Source of the DNA: Elusimicrobiota bacterium
GTDB lineage: Bacteria; Elusimicrobiota; Elusimicrobia; Elusimicrobiales; UBA9959
Length of the DNA: 64,000 bases
Reading direction: 5' to 3'
NCBI GenBank assembly: GCA_027340875.1
Contig: DAIENX010000007.1
Location: 64,001 to 128,000, forward strand
The notes beneath the pieces were generated by a model, which saw only the letters and a list, made by a program, of their open reading frames with translations, ran no database searches and was not told where the DNA came from. Position numbers and translations under genes: made by a program. This document shows positions 27,880 through 37,724 of this stretch, in pieces; position 1 is the first letter of the stretch; each line of letters begins with the position of its first letter.

Positions 27880-28334
27880 GGAAGGTCCTTTTCGTCTGCA
27901 CCGGCAATACCTGCCGCAGCGTGCTGGCCCACCGCTACGCCGCCCTGCTGGCCGGAAAGGAGGGCCTGCCGCTCGAGTTCTCCTCCGCCGGCCTTGCCGC
28001 CTCTCCGGACATCCCCCAGCCGCCCATAGTCGCGCAGCTGCTGGCGAAAGAAGGCGTCCCGCCCTACACCCACGTCCCGGTCCCGCTGACCGCCGAACTC
28101 GCCGCCGGCGCCGATCTGATACTGGGGATGACCCGGGCGCACAAGGCCGGCATAATCTCCTCCTTCCCCGGAGAGGAAAAGAAGACCTTCACGCTGCTGG
28201 AATACGCGGGCCTCGGGAGCGGCGACATCGCGGACCCGTTCGGCCTGGACGACGTCTTCTACTTCACTATCTTCAAGGCGATAAAATCGGCCGTAACGGC
28301 CTCGCTGGAGAGACTGAAAAAAGAAGTACAATGA
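27876..28334 (+). CDS. Low-molecular-weight protein phosphatase (YwlE-like arginine phosphatase), probable CTG start
   Basis: VLFVCTGNTCRS P-loop, SAGL, DLILGM, DIADPFG; located before glyA. Confidence 0.82.
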   Translation: MRKVLFVCTGNTCRSVLAHRYAALLAGKEGLPLEFSSAGLAASPDIPQPPIVAQLLAKEGVPPYTHVPVPLTAELAAGADLILGMTRAHKAGIISSFPGEEKKTFTLLEYAGLGSGDIADPFGLDDVFYFTIFKAIKSAVTASLERLKKEVQ

Positions 28335-28370
28335 ATTTGGTTTTACGCGGTCACCCAAGGAGAGACTAAA

Positions 28371-29621
28371 ATGTACGACGAGATAAAGAAGAGCGATCCC
28401 CAGCTTTACGCGGCGGTCAAGGGCGAGGTGCTGCGCCAGCAGAACAACCTCGAGCTGATAGCCTCCGAGAACTATACCTCCAGGGCCGTCCTCGAGGCCC
28501 TGGGCAGCGTCCTCACCAACAAGTACGCCGAAGGCTACCCCGGCAAGCGCTACTACGGCGGCTGCGAACACGTGGACGTGGCCGAGAAGCTCGCGATAGA
28601 CCGCGCCAAGAAGCTCTTCCACGCGGAGCACGCCAACGTGCAGCCGCATTCCGGCACGCAGGCCAACATCGCCGCCTATCTCTCGCTGATAGATCCCGGC
28701 GACACCGTGATGGGCCTGAACCTCAGCCACGGCGGCCACCTGTCGCACGGCCACCCGCTCAACTTCTCCGGCCGCTACTTCAAGATAGTCACGATGAACG
28801 TCAGCCAGGAGACCGAGCTGATAGACTACGAGGAAATGGAGAAGCTCATCGAGAAGCACCGCCCCAAGCTGATCATGGCCGGCGCCTCCAACTATTCCCG
28901 CAAATGGGACTGGGCCCGCATCAAGCGCGCCGCCGACGTCTGGAAGGCCTTCCTCGTCACCGATATAGCGCACTACGCGGGCCTTATCGCCGCCGGCATC
29001 TATCCGTCGCCGGTGGAGTACGCGGACATCGTCACCACTACCACGCACAAGACGCTGCGCGGCCCACGCGGCGGCCTGATCCTCTCCAAGGCCTGCTACG
29101 CCAAGAACGTGGACCGCACCAACTTCCCCGGCAACCAGGGCGGCCCGCTGATGCACGCGATAGCCGGCAAGGCCGTCTGCTTCAGGGAGGCCCTGAGCCC
29201 CAAATTCAAGGATTACCAGGTCCAGGTGCTCAAGAACGCCCGCAAGCTCGCGCGCGAGCTGCAGGGCCGCGGCTATCGCATAGTCTCCGGCGGCACTGAC
29301 TGCCACCTTCTCAGCGTGGACCTGCGCGCCAAGAACATAACCGGCCTCGAGGCCGAGAAGGCGCTGGACAAGGCCGGCATCACGGTGAACAAGAACACGA
29401 TACCCTACGACCCGCAGAAGCCGATGGTCACCAGCGGCATCCGCATAGGCTCGCCCGCCGTCACCACCCGCGGCATGAAGGAGAAGCAGATGGCCGTCAT
29501 CGCGGGCCTGCTGGACGAGGCCATCGCCCACAAGGACGACGACAAGGCGCTGAAAGGAATAAAGGAACAGGTGAAGCTGCTCTGCTCCGGCTTCCCGATG
29601 TACCCCGGTTTCGAGAACTAA
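28371..29621 (+). CDS. glyA: Serine hydroxymethyltransferase
   Basis: [42 protein letters not shown]. Confidence 0.97.
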   Translation: MYDEIKKSDPQLYAAVKGEVLRQQNNLELIASENYTSRAVLEALGSVLTNKYAEGYPGKRYYGGCEHVDVAEKLAIDRAKKLFHAEHANVQPHSGTQANIAAYLSLIDPGDTVMGLNLSHGGHLSHGHPLNFSGRYFKIVTMNVSQETELIDYEEMEKLIEKHRPKLIMAGASNYSRKWDWARIKRAADVWKAFLVTDIAHYAGLIAAGIYPSPVEYADIVTTTTHKTLRGPRGGLILSKACYAKNVDRTNFPGNQGGPLMHAIAGKAVCFREALSPKFKDYQVQVLKNARKLARELQGRGYRIVSGGTDCHLLSVDLRAKNITGLEAEKALDKAGITVNKNTIPYDPQKPMVTSGIRIGSPAVTTRGMKEKQMAVIAGLLDEAIAHKDDDKALKGIKEQVKLLCSGFPMYPGFEN

Positions 29622-29817
29622 CCTGAAAATTTCAGTTGAAATTTTCCGCCCGCATAGCGGGCGCCCTTCGGGAGGCATACACCTCCTCGGGCCTGGCGCG
29701 CATAGCGCTGGGCCCTCGGCCCGCTTCGCGGGGAATTCCGCAGAATAATTATGTTCACTGAATCTTCATAATGAAAACCATGTTGAACTGCGGAATTCAG
29801 GCTAAAGCCGCCTGAAA
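29622..29817. repeat. Hairpin-dense intergenic tract (REP-like)
   Basis: GAAAATTTCA-gt-TGAAATTTTC; GCCCGCATAGCGGGC; CCCGCTTCGCGGG; GAATTCCGCAG...CTGCGGAATTC. Confidence 0.55.
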
Positions 29818-29818
29818 T

Positions 29819-29857
29819 AAAAAAAGCCGCGCTCCTTCAAGGGGCGCGGCTTTTTTT
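29819..29857. terminator. Bidirectional terminator between glyA and clpB
   Basis: A7-GCCGCGCTCC-ttcaa-GGGGCGCGGC-T7. Confidence 0.88.
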
Positions 29858-29870
29858 GCGGGCGGCTGAC

Positions 29871-32456
29871 TCAGGCTTTCCCGAACTCCATGCCATCCTT
29901 GCCGGCCGACACCTCCAGCCTGCCGCCCGGCTTTATCTCCCCGGCCAGCAGCTTCATCGCCAGCGGGTCCTGCACCAGCCGCTGCAGCGCGCGCTTCATA
30001 GGGCGGGCGCCGTACTGCGGGTCGTAGCCTTCCCTGAACAGCAGGTCGCGGGCCGACTTATCCAGCTCCAGCCCTAACCCCCGCTCCGCGAGCACCCTGC
30101 GCAGGCGCTCGAGCTGTATGTCTACCACCCGCGCTATCTCCGCCTTGCCCAGCGCGTTGAAGACCACGATCTCGTCGACGCGGTTGATGAACTCCGGCCT
30201 GAAGTGTTCCAGCAAACTGTCGCGCACCGCGCGCCTGACCTCCTCGCCCGGCTTCCCCGCGCTCTCGAGTATCATCCGCGAGGCGATGTTGGAGGTCATG
30301 ATGACTATAGTGTTCCGGAAGTCCACCGTGCGGCCCTTGCCGTCGGTGAGGCGCCCCTCGTCCAGCACCTGCAGCAGCACGTTGAAGACGTCCGGGTGCG
30401 CTTTCTCTATCTCATCGAACAGTATCACCGAGTACGGGCGCCGGCGCACGCGCTCGGTCAGCTGGCCGCCCTCATCGTAGCCCACGTAGCCGGGGGGCGC
30501 GCCTATCAGACGGGCCACCGCGTGCTTCTCCATATATTCCGACATGTCTATGCGCGTCAGCGCCTTCTCGTCGTCGAACAGGAATTCGGCCAGCGCGCGG
30601 GCGAGCTCGGTCTTGCCCACGCCGGTCGGACCCATGAAGATGAAGCTGCCTATCGGCCTGCCGCCCTCTGTCACGCCGGCGCGGCTGCGCCTGACGGCGT
30701 TGGCCACGAGCGACAGCGCCTCGTCCTGCCCCACCACGCGCGCGCGCAGCTTGTCCTCCATCTTCACCAGCTTGGCCATTTCTCCTTCCATCATGCGGGA
30801 AACCGGCACTCCGGTCCACTTGGAGACTATCTTCGCGATATCTTCCTCGTCGACCTCTTCCTTCAGCAGCGCCCCCTTGGATTGAAGTCCGGCGAGGTCG
30901 GCCTCGGCCTTCTCTATCTCCTTTTTCGCGGCGGGCAGCTTGCCGTATTGTATCTCCGCGGCCTTGTCCAGGTCTCCGCGGCGGCGGGCCGACTGCTCCT
31001 CGAGGTTCAGCGACTCCACGCTCTCCTTCAGGCCGCGCGCGCGGGAGATGAGGTCCGTCTCCCCCTTCCAGCGCAGCTTCAGCGCGCTCGCGCGCTCCTT
31101 CAGATCGGCAAGTTCCTTTTCCAGAGTCTTCAGGCGCGCCCTGGAAGCGGCGTCGCTCTCCTTCTTCAGCGCCTGGCGCTCCACCTCCAGCTGCAGCACC
31201 TTGTGCTCTAGCTGGTCCAGCTCGGCGGGCATCGAGTCTATCTCTATGCGCAACGCCGAGGCCGCCTCGTCCACGAGGTCTATGGCCTTGTCCGGCAGGA
31301 AGCGGTCCGTGATGTAGCGGTGCGACAGGCGCACGGCCGCTATGATGGCCGCGTCCTTGATGCGCACGCCGTGGTGGATCTCGTACTTCTCCTTGAGGCC
31401 GCGCAGTATCGCTATCGTCTCCTCGGGGCCGGGCTCGCCCACGTAGACCTGCTGGAAGCGGCGCTCGAGGGCCGCGTCCTTCTCGATGTATTTCTGGTAC
31501 TCGTTGAGCGTAGTGGCGCCTATGCAGCGCAGCTCGCCGCGCGCGAGCGCGGGCTTCAGCATGTTGGAGGCATCTATCGCGCCCTCGGCCGCCCCCGCGC
31601 CGACCAGGGTGTGCAATTCGTCGATGAAGAGTATCACGCCGCCTTCCGCCTTCTCGATCTCCTTGAGCACGGCCTTCAGCCTGTCCTCGAACTCGCCGCG
31701 GAACTTGGCGCCCGCGAGCATGGCGCCCAGGTCCAGCGCCACCAACTTCTTGTTCTTGAGCCCTTCGGGGACCGAGCCCGCGGCTATGCGCTGGGCTATG
31801 CCCTCCACGATGGCGGTCTTGCCCACTCCGGGCTCACCTATCAGCACCGGGTTGTTCTTGGTGCGGCGAGACAGCACCTGTATCACCCGGCGTACCTCCT
31901 CGTCGCGGCCGATCACCGGGTCCATCTTCCCCTTGCGGGCCGCGTCGGTCAGGTCTCGCGCGTACTTCTGCAGCGCCTGGTACTTGGCCTCCGGCTCCTG
32001 GTCGGTGACGCGGTGGCTGCCGCGCACGGCCAACAACGCCTTCAGTATGCCGTCATGGGTCACGCCCTGCGCGGTCAGCAGGGCCTGGGCCGGGTCTCCG
32101 GAAGACTTGGCTATGGCCAGGAACAGATGCTCCGTAGAGGCGAACTCGTCCTTGAAAACGACCATCTCCCTCTGCGCTTCATCCAGCACTTTCTTATAGG
32201 CAAGGGAGAGGTACCGTTCTCCGCCGCTGACCTTGGGCAGCCCCTCGCAGCCGCGCACGGCGGCCGCTGCCAGGGCCTCGGGGCTCGCGCCCAGCTTGCG
32301 GACCACGTCGGGGATCAGGCCTTCGGCCTGGGACAACAGGGCGAGCAGCAGATGAAGCGGCTCTACCTGCTGGTTGCCGAAGCGCCCGGCCTCGGCTTCC
32401 GAGGCCTGTACCGCCTCCTGCGCCTTGATGGTGAACTTGTCGAACCTTATGCTCAT
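29871..32456 (-). CDS. clpB: ATP-dependent chaperone ClpB
   Basis: Two AAA+ modules ([16 protein letters not shown]), long coiled-coil M domain, GAPPGYVGY; 861 aa. Confidence 0.96.
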   Translation of the reverse strand: MSIRFDKFTIKAQEAVQASEAEAGRFGNQQVEPLHLLLALLSQAEGLIPDVVRKLGASPEALAAAAVRGCEGLPKVSGGERYLSLAYKKVLDEAQREMVVFKDEFASTEHLFLAIAKSSGDPAQALLTAQGVTHDGILKALLAVRGSHRVTDQEPEAKYQALQKYARDLTDAARKGKMDPVIGRDEEVRRVIQVLSRRTKNNPVLIGEPGVGKTAIVEGIAQRIAAGSVPEGLKNKKLVALDLGAMLAGAKFRGEFEDRLKAVLKEIEKAEGGVILFIDELHTLVGAGAAEGAIDASNMLKPALARGELRCIGATTLNEYQKYIEKDAALERRFQQVYVGEPGPEETIAILRGLKEKYEIHHGVRIKDAAIIAAVRLSHRYITDRFLPDKAIDLVDEAASALRIEIDSMPAELDQLEHKVLQLEVERQALKKESDAASRARLKTLEKELADLKERASALKLRWKGETDLISRARGLKESVESLNLEEQSARRRGDLDKAAEIQYGKLPAAKKEIEKAEADLAGLQSKGALLKEEVDEEDIAKIVSKWTGVPVSRMMEGEMAKLVKMEDKLRARVVGQDEALSLVANAVRRSRAGVTEGGRPIGSFIFMGPTGVGKTELARALAEFLFDDEKALTRIDMSEYMEKHAVARLIGAPPGYVGYDEGGQLTERVRRRPYSVILFDEIEKAHPDVFNVLLQVLDEGRLTDGKGRTVDFRNTIVIMTSNIASRMILESAGKPGEEVRRAVRDSLLEHFRPEFINRVDEIVVFNALGKAEIARVVDIQLERLRRVLAERGLGLELDKSARDLLFREGYDPQYGARPMKRALQRLVQDPLAMKLLAGEIKPGGRLEVSAGKDGMEFGKA

Positions 32457-32542
32457 GGCCCCTCCCTTACCCGGGGCGCCGACCGACTGTTCTGGGATAT
32501 TCGCGGCCGGAAGGCCCGGGAACTTAAAGGTATTTCATTTAT

Positions 32543-32584
32543 AGTATAAATAACTAGCAGTCATTTGTCAAGACTGCTAGTTAT
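32543..32584 (-). promoter_or_regulatory. sigma70 promoter of clpB overlapped by a CIRCE-like (HrcA) operator
   Basis: TTGACA-N17-TATACT on the minus strand; ATAACTAGCAGTC-N9-GACTGCTAGTTAT at 32550-32584 (CIRCE consensus TTAGCACTC-N9-GAGTGCTAA). Confidence 0.85.
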
Positions 32585-32626
32585 CATCTAGACCAGCTTA
32601 CTCCATAGTTGGTAAGATGGGTTTAA

Positions 32627-33397
32627 ATGAGACAACTCATCCTCTGCCTGCTTTTAGCTTCCGCCTGCCCGCCGCCGGCCGCCGCCGGGGCCCCGGCGCA
32701 GACCTCCGCGGAGGTCAAGGCCCTGCTCGAAAAGGTGGACCGCCTCTACCGCAGCTCCCGCTCCTACGCCGAGATCGAGATGGAGGTGCTGACCCCGGAC
32801 TGGAAGCGCACGCTCTCGATGGACTTCTGGACCGAAGGCCTGGACAAGACCTTCATCCGCATCAACGCCCCGGCGCGCGACGCCGGCGCGGCCACGCTGC
32901 GCAAGGGCAACGAGATGTGGAACTACTTCCCGAAGATAAACAAGGTGATGAAGGTCCCGCCGTCGATGATGCTGGGCTCCTGGATGGGCTCCGACTTCAC
33001 CAACGACGACCTGGTGAAGGAAAGCACGCTGATGGACGACTACACCGGCGACTTCTTCATCCCCGCCAAACCCGACCCGGCCTACTACTATATCCGCCTC
33101 ACCCCGAAGAAGGAGACCGTTTCGCTCTGGGCGGCGATAGAGCTGACCGTGGCGAAGGACACGCTGCTGCCCAGCCTTGAGCAGTATTTCGACGAAAAAG
33201 GCCGACTCCAGCGCACGATGGAGTTCTCTGATATTGCCGATATGGGCGGCCGGAAGCTGCCGAAGGTCATGAAGATGCTGCCGGTCTCCAACCCCGGCCA
33301 TAGCACCACGATACGCTACATCAAGGCGGAATTCGACGGGAAGCTGCCGGCCGACACCTTCTCGCTGCGCAACCTGCAGCGCGTCAGGGTTAAATAA
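32627..33397 (+). CDS. Outer-membrane lipoprotein-sorting (LolA-like) protein
   Basis: Signal peptide, P.RDAG.ATL, MWNYFP, SWMGSDFTNDDL, FSLRNL. Confidence 0.85.
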   Translation: MRQLILCLLLASACPPPAAAGAPAQTSAEVKALLEKVDRLYRSSRSYAEIEMEVLTPDWKRTLSMDFWTEGLDKTFIRINAPARDAGAATLRKGNEMWNYFPKINKVMKVPPSMMLGSWMGSDFTNDDLVKESTLMDDYTGDFFIPAKPDPAYYYIRLTPKKETVSLWAAIELTVAKDTLLPSLEQYFDEKGRLQRTMEFSDIADMGGRKLPKVMKMLPVSNPGHSTTIRYIKAEFDGKLPADTFSLRNLQRVRVK

Positions 33398-34614
33398 TGC
33401 TGATCTTCCGGATGGCCCTGCGCAACCTGCTGCGCAACCGGCGCCGGACGCTGCTGACCGGGCTGATGATGGCCGGCGGCTTCACGCTGTTCTCGGCCAC
33501 GCTGGCCCTCTCCGACGGCACCTACGGCTCCATCATAGACATGTTCACCCGCAGCCGCACCGGCCACGCGCAGGTACACGCCAAAGGTTACCTGGAAAAG
33601 CCCTCCTTGTACCGCTCCATCTCCGGCCTGGACCGCGTAGGCCGGGTGCTGGACGGACAGAAGGTGGTCCGGGCCTGGACCCCGCGCGTCTACACCCCGG
33701 CGCTGGCCTTCGCCGGCTCAAAGACCGTAGGCGCGCAGGTAATGGGCATAGACCCGGCGCGCGAGCGCAAGGCCATGCGCCTGGAATCCCAGCTGGCGGA
33801 AGGCGCTTTCATCCCTGACAAGCTCTCCGACGGCGCGGTCATAAGCGCCCGCCTCGCCTCGGCGCTCAACCTGAAGCCCGGCGACGAGTTCTCGCTGATA
33901 GGCCAGGGCGCCGACGGCTCCATAGCCAACGACAACTTCCGGGTGGCCGGCGTCCTGTCGGCCACCGAATCCTCCTTCGAAGGGCCGTGGTGCCTGCTGC
34001 ACATAGGCAAGGCCCGCGAGTTCCTGGCGCTGGGCGACAAGGCCCACGAGATAGCGCTGGTATTCACCGACTACCGCAAGGCCCGCGAGGACGCGGCCAT
34101 CGTCGGCGCGGCCCTCGCGGACCCGGCGCTGGACGTAGAGCCGTGGCAGGTGACTGAGAAGGAGTTCTACCAGGCTATGCTGCTCGACAAGAAGGGCGGC
34201 GACATCACCAACTTCATCATAATGTGCATCGTGGCGGTCGGCGTGCTGAACACCATATTGATGGCGGTGCTGGAGCGCACGCGCGAGTACGGCGTGCTGA
34301 AGGCGCTGGGCACACGCCCCGCTTTCATCTTCTGGCTTATCATGGCCGAGGTAACGCTGCTGGCCATAGCCGCCGCGGCGGCGGGGGCGCTTTTCTCGCT
34401 GGGGCTGAACCACTACCTCTCCGTCCACGGCATACCGATACCCGAGCCCATCAGCTACGGCGGCGTGAAGTTCACCAAGATGATCTCGTCGATCACCGCC
34501 TTCTCCTTCATCCGGCCCGCCTACACCGTGCTGGCGGCGGCTCTGATAGTAGGCGTATTCCCGGCGCTGAAGGCAGCGCGCGTGACGCCCATAAAGGCGC
34601 TGGGGAGCCGCTGA
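33397..34614 (+). CDS. ABC transporter permease (LolC/E / MacB-FtsX family)
   Basis: ALRNLLRNRRRT, periplasmic domain, NTILMAVLERTREYGVLKALG. Confidence 0.9.
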   Translation: MLIFRMALRNLLRNRRRTLLTGLMMAGGFTLFSATLALSDGTYGSIIDMFTRSRTGHAQVHAKGYLEKPSLYRSISGLDRVGRVLDGQKVVRAWTPRVYTPALAFAGSKTVGAQVMGIDPARERKAMRLESQLAEGAFIPDKLSDGAVISARLASALNLKPGDEFSLIGQGADGSIANDNFRVAGVLSATESSFEGPWCLLHIGKAREFLALGDKAHEIALVFTDYRKAREDAAIVGAALADPALDVEPWQVTEKEFYQAMLLDKKGGDITNFIIMCIVAVGVLNTILMAVLERTREYGVLKALGTRPAFIFWLIMAEVTLLAIAAAAAGALFSLGLNHYLSVHGIPIPEPISYGGVKFTKMISSITAFSFIRPAYTVLAAALIVGVFPALKAARVTPIKALGSR

Positions 34615-35834
34615 TGTTCTACCTGAAGCTCGCCTGGCGCAACAACCTGCGCAACAAGCGCAGGACCTTCCTGGCGGCGCTCGCCGTGGGACTTGGCCTG
34701 GCCGCGCTGATCTTCACCGACGCCATCTCGGTAGGCATGCTGAAGGGACTGATAGACACGGCCACCGGCACTTTCATGGGGCAGGCCCAGATACACCGCA
34801 AGGGCTTCATGGACACGATGGACTCGGACCTGCAGGTGGCCGGCGGGCCGCGCCTGCTGGCGGAGCTGACGGCCGACCCGCTGGTGGCGCGCGCCGCGCC
34901 GCGGGCCGTCGCGTTCGCGATGATAGCCTCTCCGTCCAACTCCGGCTCGGTACTGCTCTACGGCCTGGACCCGGAGGCCGAGCGCGGCGTCTCCCGCCTG
35001 GACCGGACCGTAAGGACCGGCGACTTCCTGAAAGAGGACGGCGACACGGTGGTGATAGGCGCGAAGCTGGCCGACACGCTGGGCGTGGAGCTGGGCGACA
35101 AGGTGGTCCTGACGGCCGCCGCGGCCGGAGGCGGGGACCTGGCTCAGGCCCTGTTCCGCGTGGGCGGGATAATGAACTCGGGCTCGCGCGCGATGGATTC
35201 CAATTTCGCTTTCATCAGGCTGGACCGGGCGCAGAAGCTGCTGAACCTGCGCGGCGGCTTCCACGAAATAGCGGTGGCATTCAAGGACCTCCGGACGGCC
35301 GAGGACAAGAGTCTCAAATTCTGGAGCAGTTACGGCGGCGGCGGCAACGAGGCCAAGGGCTGGCCGGAACTGGTGCCGGAGCTCGCGGCCGCGAAGAGCA
35401 TGTCGGCCTTCGGCATCTTCATCACGGCGGTGATACTGTCCGGCATAGTCGCGCTTGGCATCATGAACACTCTGTTCATGTCGCTCTACGAGCGCATGTT
35501 CGAGTTCGGGGTGCTGCGCGCGCTGGGCACGCGGCCCTGGCGGATGGGGCTGATGATAGTGAGCGAGGCCGGCGCGCTGTCCCTGATAAGCTCCGTGGTC
35601 GGCATGGCCATCGGCCTGCTCGCCTGCCGGCTGGTGGGCATACACGGGCTGGACTATACCGGCGTGGACTACGCCGGCATAACGATGCTCGAGCCCATCC
35701 GCCCGATGTTCCGGGCGCTGCAGTACTGGCTGTACCCGGCGGCGCTCTTCGTCTTCACGCTGCTCGTCAGCCTTTACCCGGCCGTCTACGCCGCCCGCAT
35801 GAACCCCATCAACGCCATGCGGAGGAGCCTGTGA
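34614..35834 (+). CDS. ABC transporter permease (LolC/E / MacB-FtsX family)
   Basis: LAWRNNLRNKRRT, NTLFMSLYERMFEFGVLRALG; TGATG overlap. Confidence 0.9.
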   Translation: MFYLKLAWRNNLRNKRRTFLAALAVGLGLAALIFTDAISVGMLKGLIDTATGTFMGQAQIHRKGFMDTMDSDLQVAGGPRLLAELTADPLVARAAPRAVAFAMIASPSNSGSVLLYGLDPEAERGVSRLDRTVRTGDFLKEDGDTVVIGAKLADTLGVELGDKVVLTAAAAGGGDLAQALFRVGGIMNSGSRAMDSNFAFIRLDRAQKLLNLRGGFHEIAVAFKDLRTAEDKSLKFWSSYGGGGNEAKGWPELVPELAAAKSMSAFGIFITAVILSGIVALGIMNTLFMSLYERMFEFGVLRALGTRPWRMGLMIVSEAGALSLISSVVGMAIGLLACRLVGIHGLDYTGVDYAGITMLEPIRPMFRALQYWLYPAALFVFTLLVSLYPAVYAARMNPINAMRRSL

Positions 35835-35966
35835 GGCCGCCGCGGGGACGGAACGCAAAACACGGCGTCGGCCACACCGTGGCCGCGCCTCGACACTCGG
35901 CCTCGTCGCTTACGCAAGCCTCGGCCTCCGCGACGGTTTTGCTTATCCGCTCCCCGCGTCGACCTC
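35833..35966 (-). repeat. Structured intergenic element, CACGGTGTG family (copy B, reverse orientation)
   Basis: Minus strand CGCGGGGA..GCAAAAC...GCTTGCGTAAGC...GGCGCGGCCACGGTGTGGCCGACGCC-GT..GTTTTGC..TCCCCGCG. Confidence 0.75.
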
Positions 35967-36114
35967 TCCACCAATGCACAAATCACAATTGAAATCCGCA
36001 GTAATACTTATCGCAGAGGCGATTGCTAGGGATATAATCGGTTTGTGGTATTCTTAATGTTTTATCACATCTCGTATGATAAGCTCATACCAAAATTTGG
36101 CTGAGGACACTTTT

Positions 36115-36540
36115 ATGCGATTTTTATTAATTGGACTCTTGCTTTCATTATCGGGATGCAGTCGAATTGAATTTTATCGTACCTGGAACGGCACACAGCC
36201 TATACCAACTGAACGGGAACGAAACGAATACATTAGACAGAATACGACGTTACCTCAAGACATTAAAGAAAAGATTCTATCCGGCAAAGCTGCACAAGGC
36301 ATGACTGAGGCAGATGTCGTGGCCATTTTTGGCAAACCGTGCGGGCGCTATGAAACAGGAACCGGGTATACCCGGTGGGACTACAATTACAACGAAAATG
36401 GATTTATGTCCTCCGGGACGTGTTATAACGAAAGCAATCAAAGTGTTTATTTCAAAGAAACCAAAGTTGCCTTTGCTAATAAAAAAGACTTCCAGGATTT
36501 TCTGAAGGATGAAGAGGATAGGGAAAAAAACGAAAATTAA
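36115..36540 (+). CDS. Lipoprotein with a SmpA/BamE-like domain (5' part of a probably frameshifted gene)
   Basis: MRFLLIGLLLSLSG-C lipobox; ILSGK..QGMT..DV...FGKP; GAGG SD. Confidence 0.7.
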   Translation: MRFLLIGLLLSLSGCSRIEFYRTWNGTQPIPTERERNEYIRQNTTLPQDIKEKILSGKAAQGMTEADVVAIFGKPCGRYETGTGYTRWDYNYNENGFMSSGTCYNESNQSVYFKETKVAFANKKDFQDFLKDEEDREKNEN

Positions 36541-36769
36541 GAAGAAAAAAGAATACATAAAGCGAAAAGGGTTAGATAAAACCTCTGCGGACAACATCCT
36601 GAACGGGAAAGTATCTCTAGGAATGTCGAGCGAAGACGTTGAGATATCGTGGGGAAAACCCAGAGACATCAATCGCACTGTTGGCGCTTGGGGCGTGCAT
36701 GAACAATGGATTTACGGTGACACCTATCTCTACTTTGAGAATGGAAAATTAACTAGTTGGCAAGATTAA
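36509..36769 (+). CDS. Second SmpA/BamE-like domain (probable out-of-frame 3' part of the previous gene)
   Basis: ILNGKVSLGMSSEDVEISWGKP...EQWIY...YLYFENGKL; overlaps the upstream ORF across an A7 run. Confidence 0.65.
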   Translation: MKRIGKKTKIKKKKEYIKRKGLDKTSADNILNGKVSLGMSSEDVEISWGKPRDINRTVGAWGVHEQWIYGDTYLYFENGKLTSWQD

Positions 36770-36851
36770 TTTAAACAACAATTCAATTGTTGTAAGTTAG
36801 CGTTTTATTATTGCGTGGTTATGCATAAGAGTCGCTGTGAAGTCACAAGCA

Positions 36852-37017
36852 CTCAGGAGGGGCGGGCGGCGGTATGGGTCCGGCGGGCCGTCGCGGACCG
36901 AAGCCGCTTGCGCAGCGCGGCGAGGGAGTGACGAGGGGCGAGCACGGTGTGCGAGACCCCGTGCCCGACGGACCCATACTCCGACAAGCCCCGACTTCGC
37001 ATCTCGCGGCACTTGAG
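36852..37017 (+). repeat. Structured intergenic element, CACGGTGTG family (copy C)
   Basis: GTATGGGTCCG...CGGACCCATAC stem enclosing CGTCGCGGA..GCTTGCGCAGC..GAGTGACGA-GGGG..GCACGGTGTGC..CCCC-GT. Confidence 0.75.
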
Positions 37018-37028
37018 GACTGTTTTTT

Positions 37029-37724
37029 ATGGAAAAAGACAATGTGATAGAGACCAAAGGGGTCACGAAGACCTACCAGAGCGGGGAGGTGAAGGTGCAC
37101 GCGCTGCACCCGGTGGACCTCGTCATCGCCCGCGGCGAGTTCACCGCCATAGCCGGCCCCAGCGGCTCCGGCAAGACCACGCTCCTCAACATCATCAGCG
37201 GCCTCGACAACCCCAGCTCCGGCAGGATCCGCCTCGCCGGCCGCGAAATAAGCTCGATGAGCCAGTCCGAGCTCTCGGATTTCCGCCGCGACCACATAGG
37301 CTTCATCTTCCAGGCCTACAACCTCATACCCGTCCTCACCGTCGGCGAGAACATAGAGTACGTGATGCTGCTGCGCGGCGTGCCCGCCGGCGAGCGCGCC
37401 GACAGAGTAAGACGCATCCTCGACGAGGTAGGCCTCTCCGGCAAGCAGGGCCGCTTCCCGTCACAGCTTTCCGGCGGCCAGCAGCAGCGCGTCGCCATAG
37501 CCCGCGCGATGGTCTCCGGCCCGGACATCATCCTCGCCGACGAGCCCACCGCGAACCTCGACTCCGCCACCGGCGGCGCGCTGATGGACATGATGCGCGA
37601 GCTCAACGAGAAGCGCGGCATGACCTTCCTGTTCTCCACCCACGACAGAATGATAATGGACAAGTCCACGCGCCTGGTAACCCTTAAGGACGGCCGCGTG
37701 GAATCGGACACCGTTAAGAAATGA
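37029..37724 (+). CDS. ABC transporter ATP-binding protein (LolD/MacB-like)
   Basis: GPSGSGKT, IGFIFQAYNL, LSGGQQQR, LADEPTANLD, STHD. Confidence 0.93.
   Translation: MEKDNVIETKGVTKTYQSGEVKVHALHPVDLVIARGEFTAIAGPSGSGKTTLLNIISGLDNPSSGRIRLAGREISSMSQSELSDFRRDHIGFIFQAYNLIPVLTVGENIEYVMLLRGVPAGERADRVRRILDEVGLSGKQGRFPSQLSGGQQQRVAIARAMVSGPDIILADEPTANLDSATGGALMDMMRELNEKRGMTFLFSTHDRMIMDKSTRLVTLKDGRVESDTVKK

Larger units (their letters stand above)
35967..36850. other. Low-GC inserted cassette within the ABC operon
   Basis: Abrupt shift to AT-rich sequence between permease 2 and the ATPase. Confidence 0.8.
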
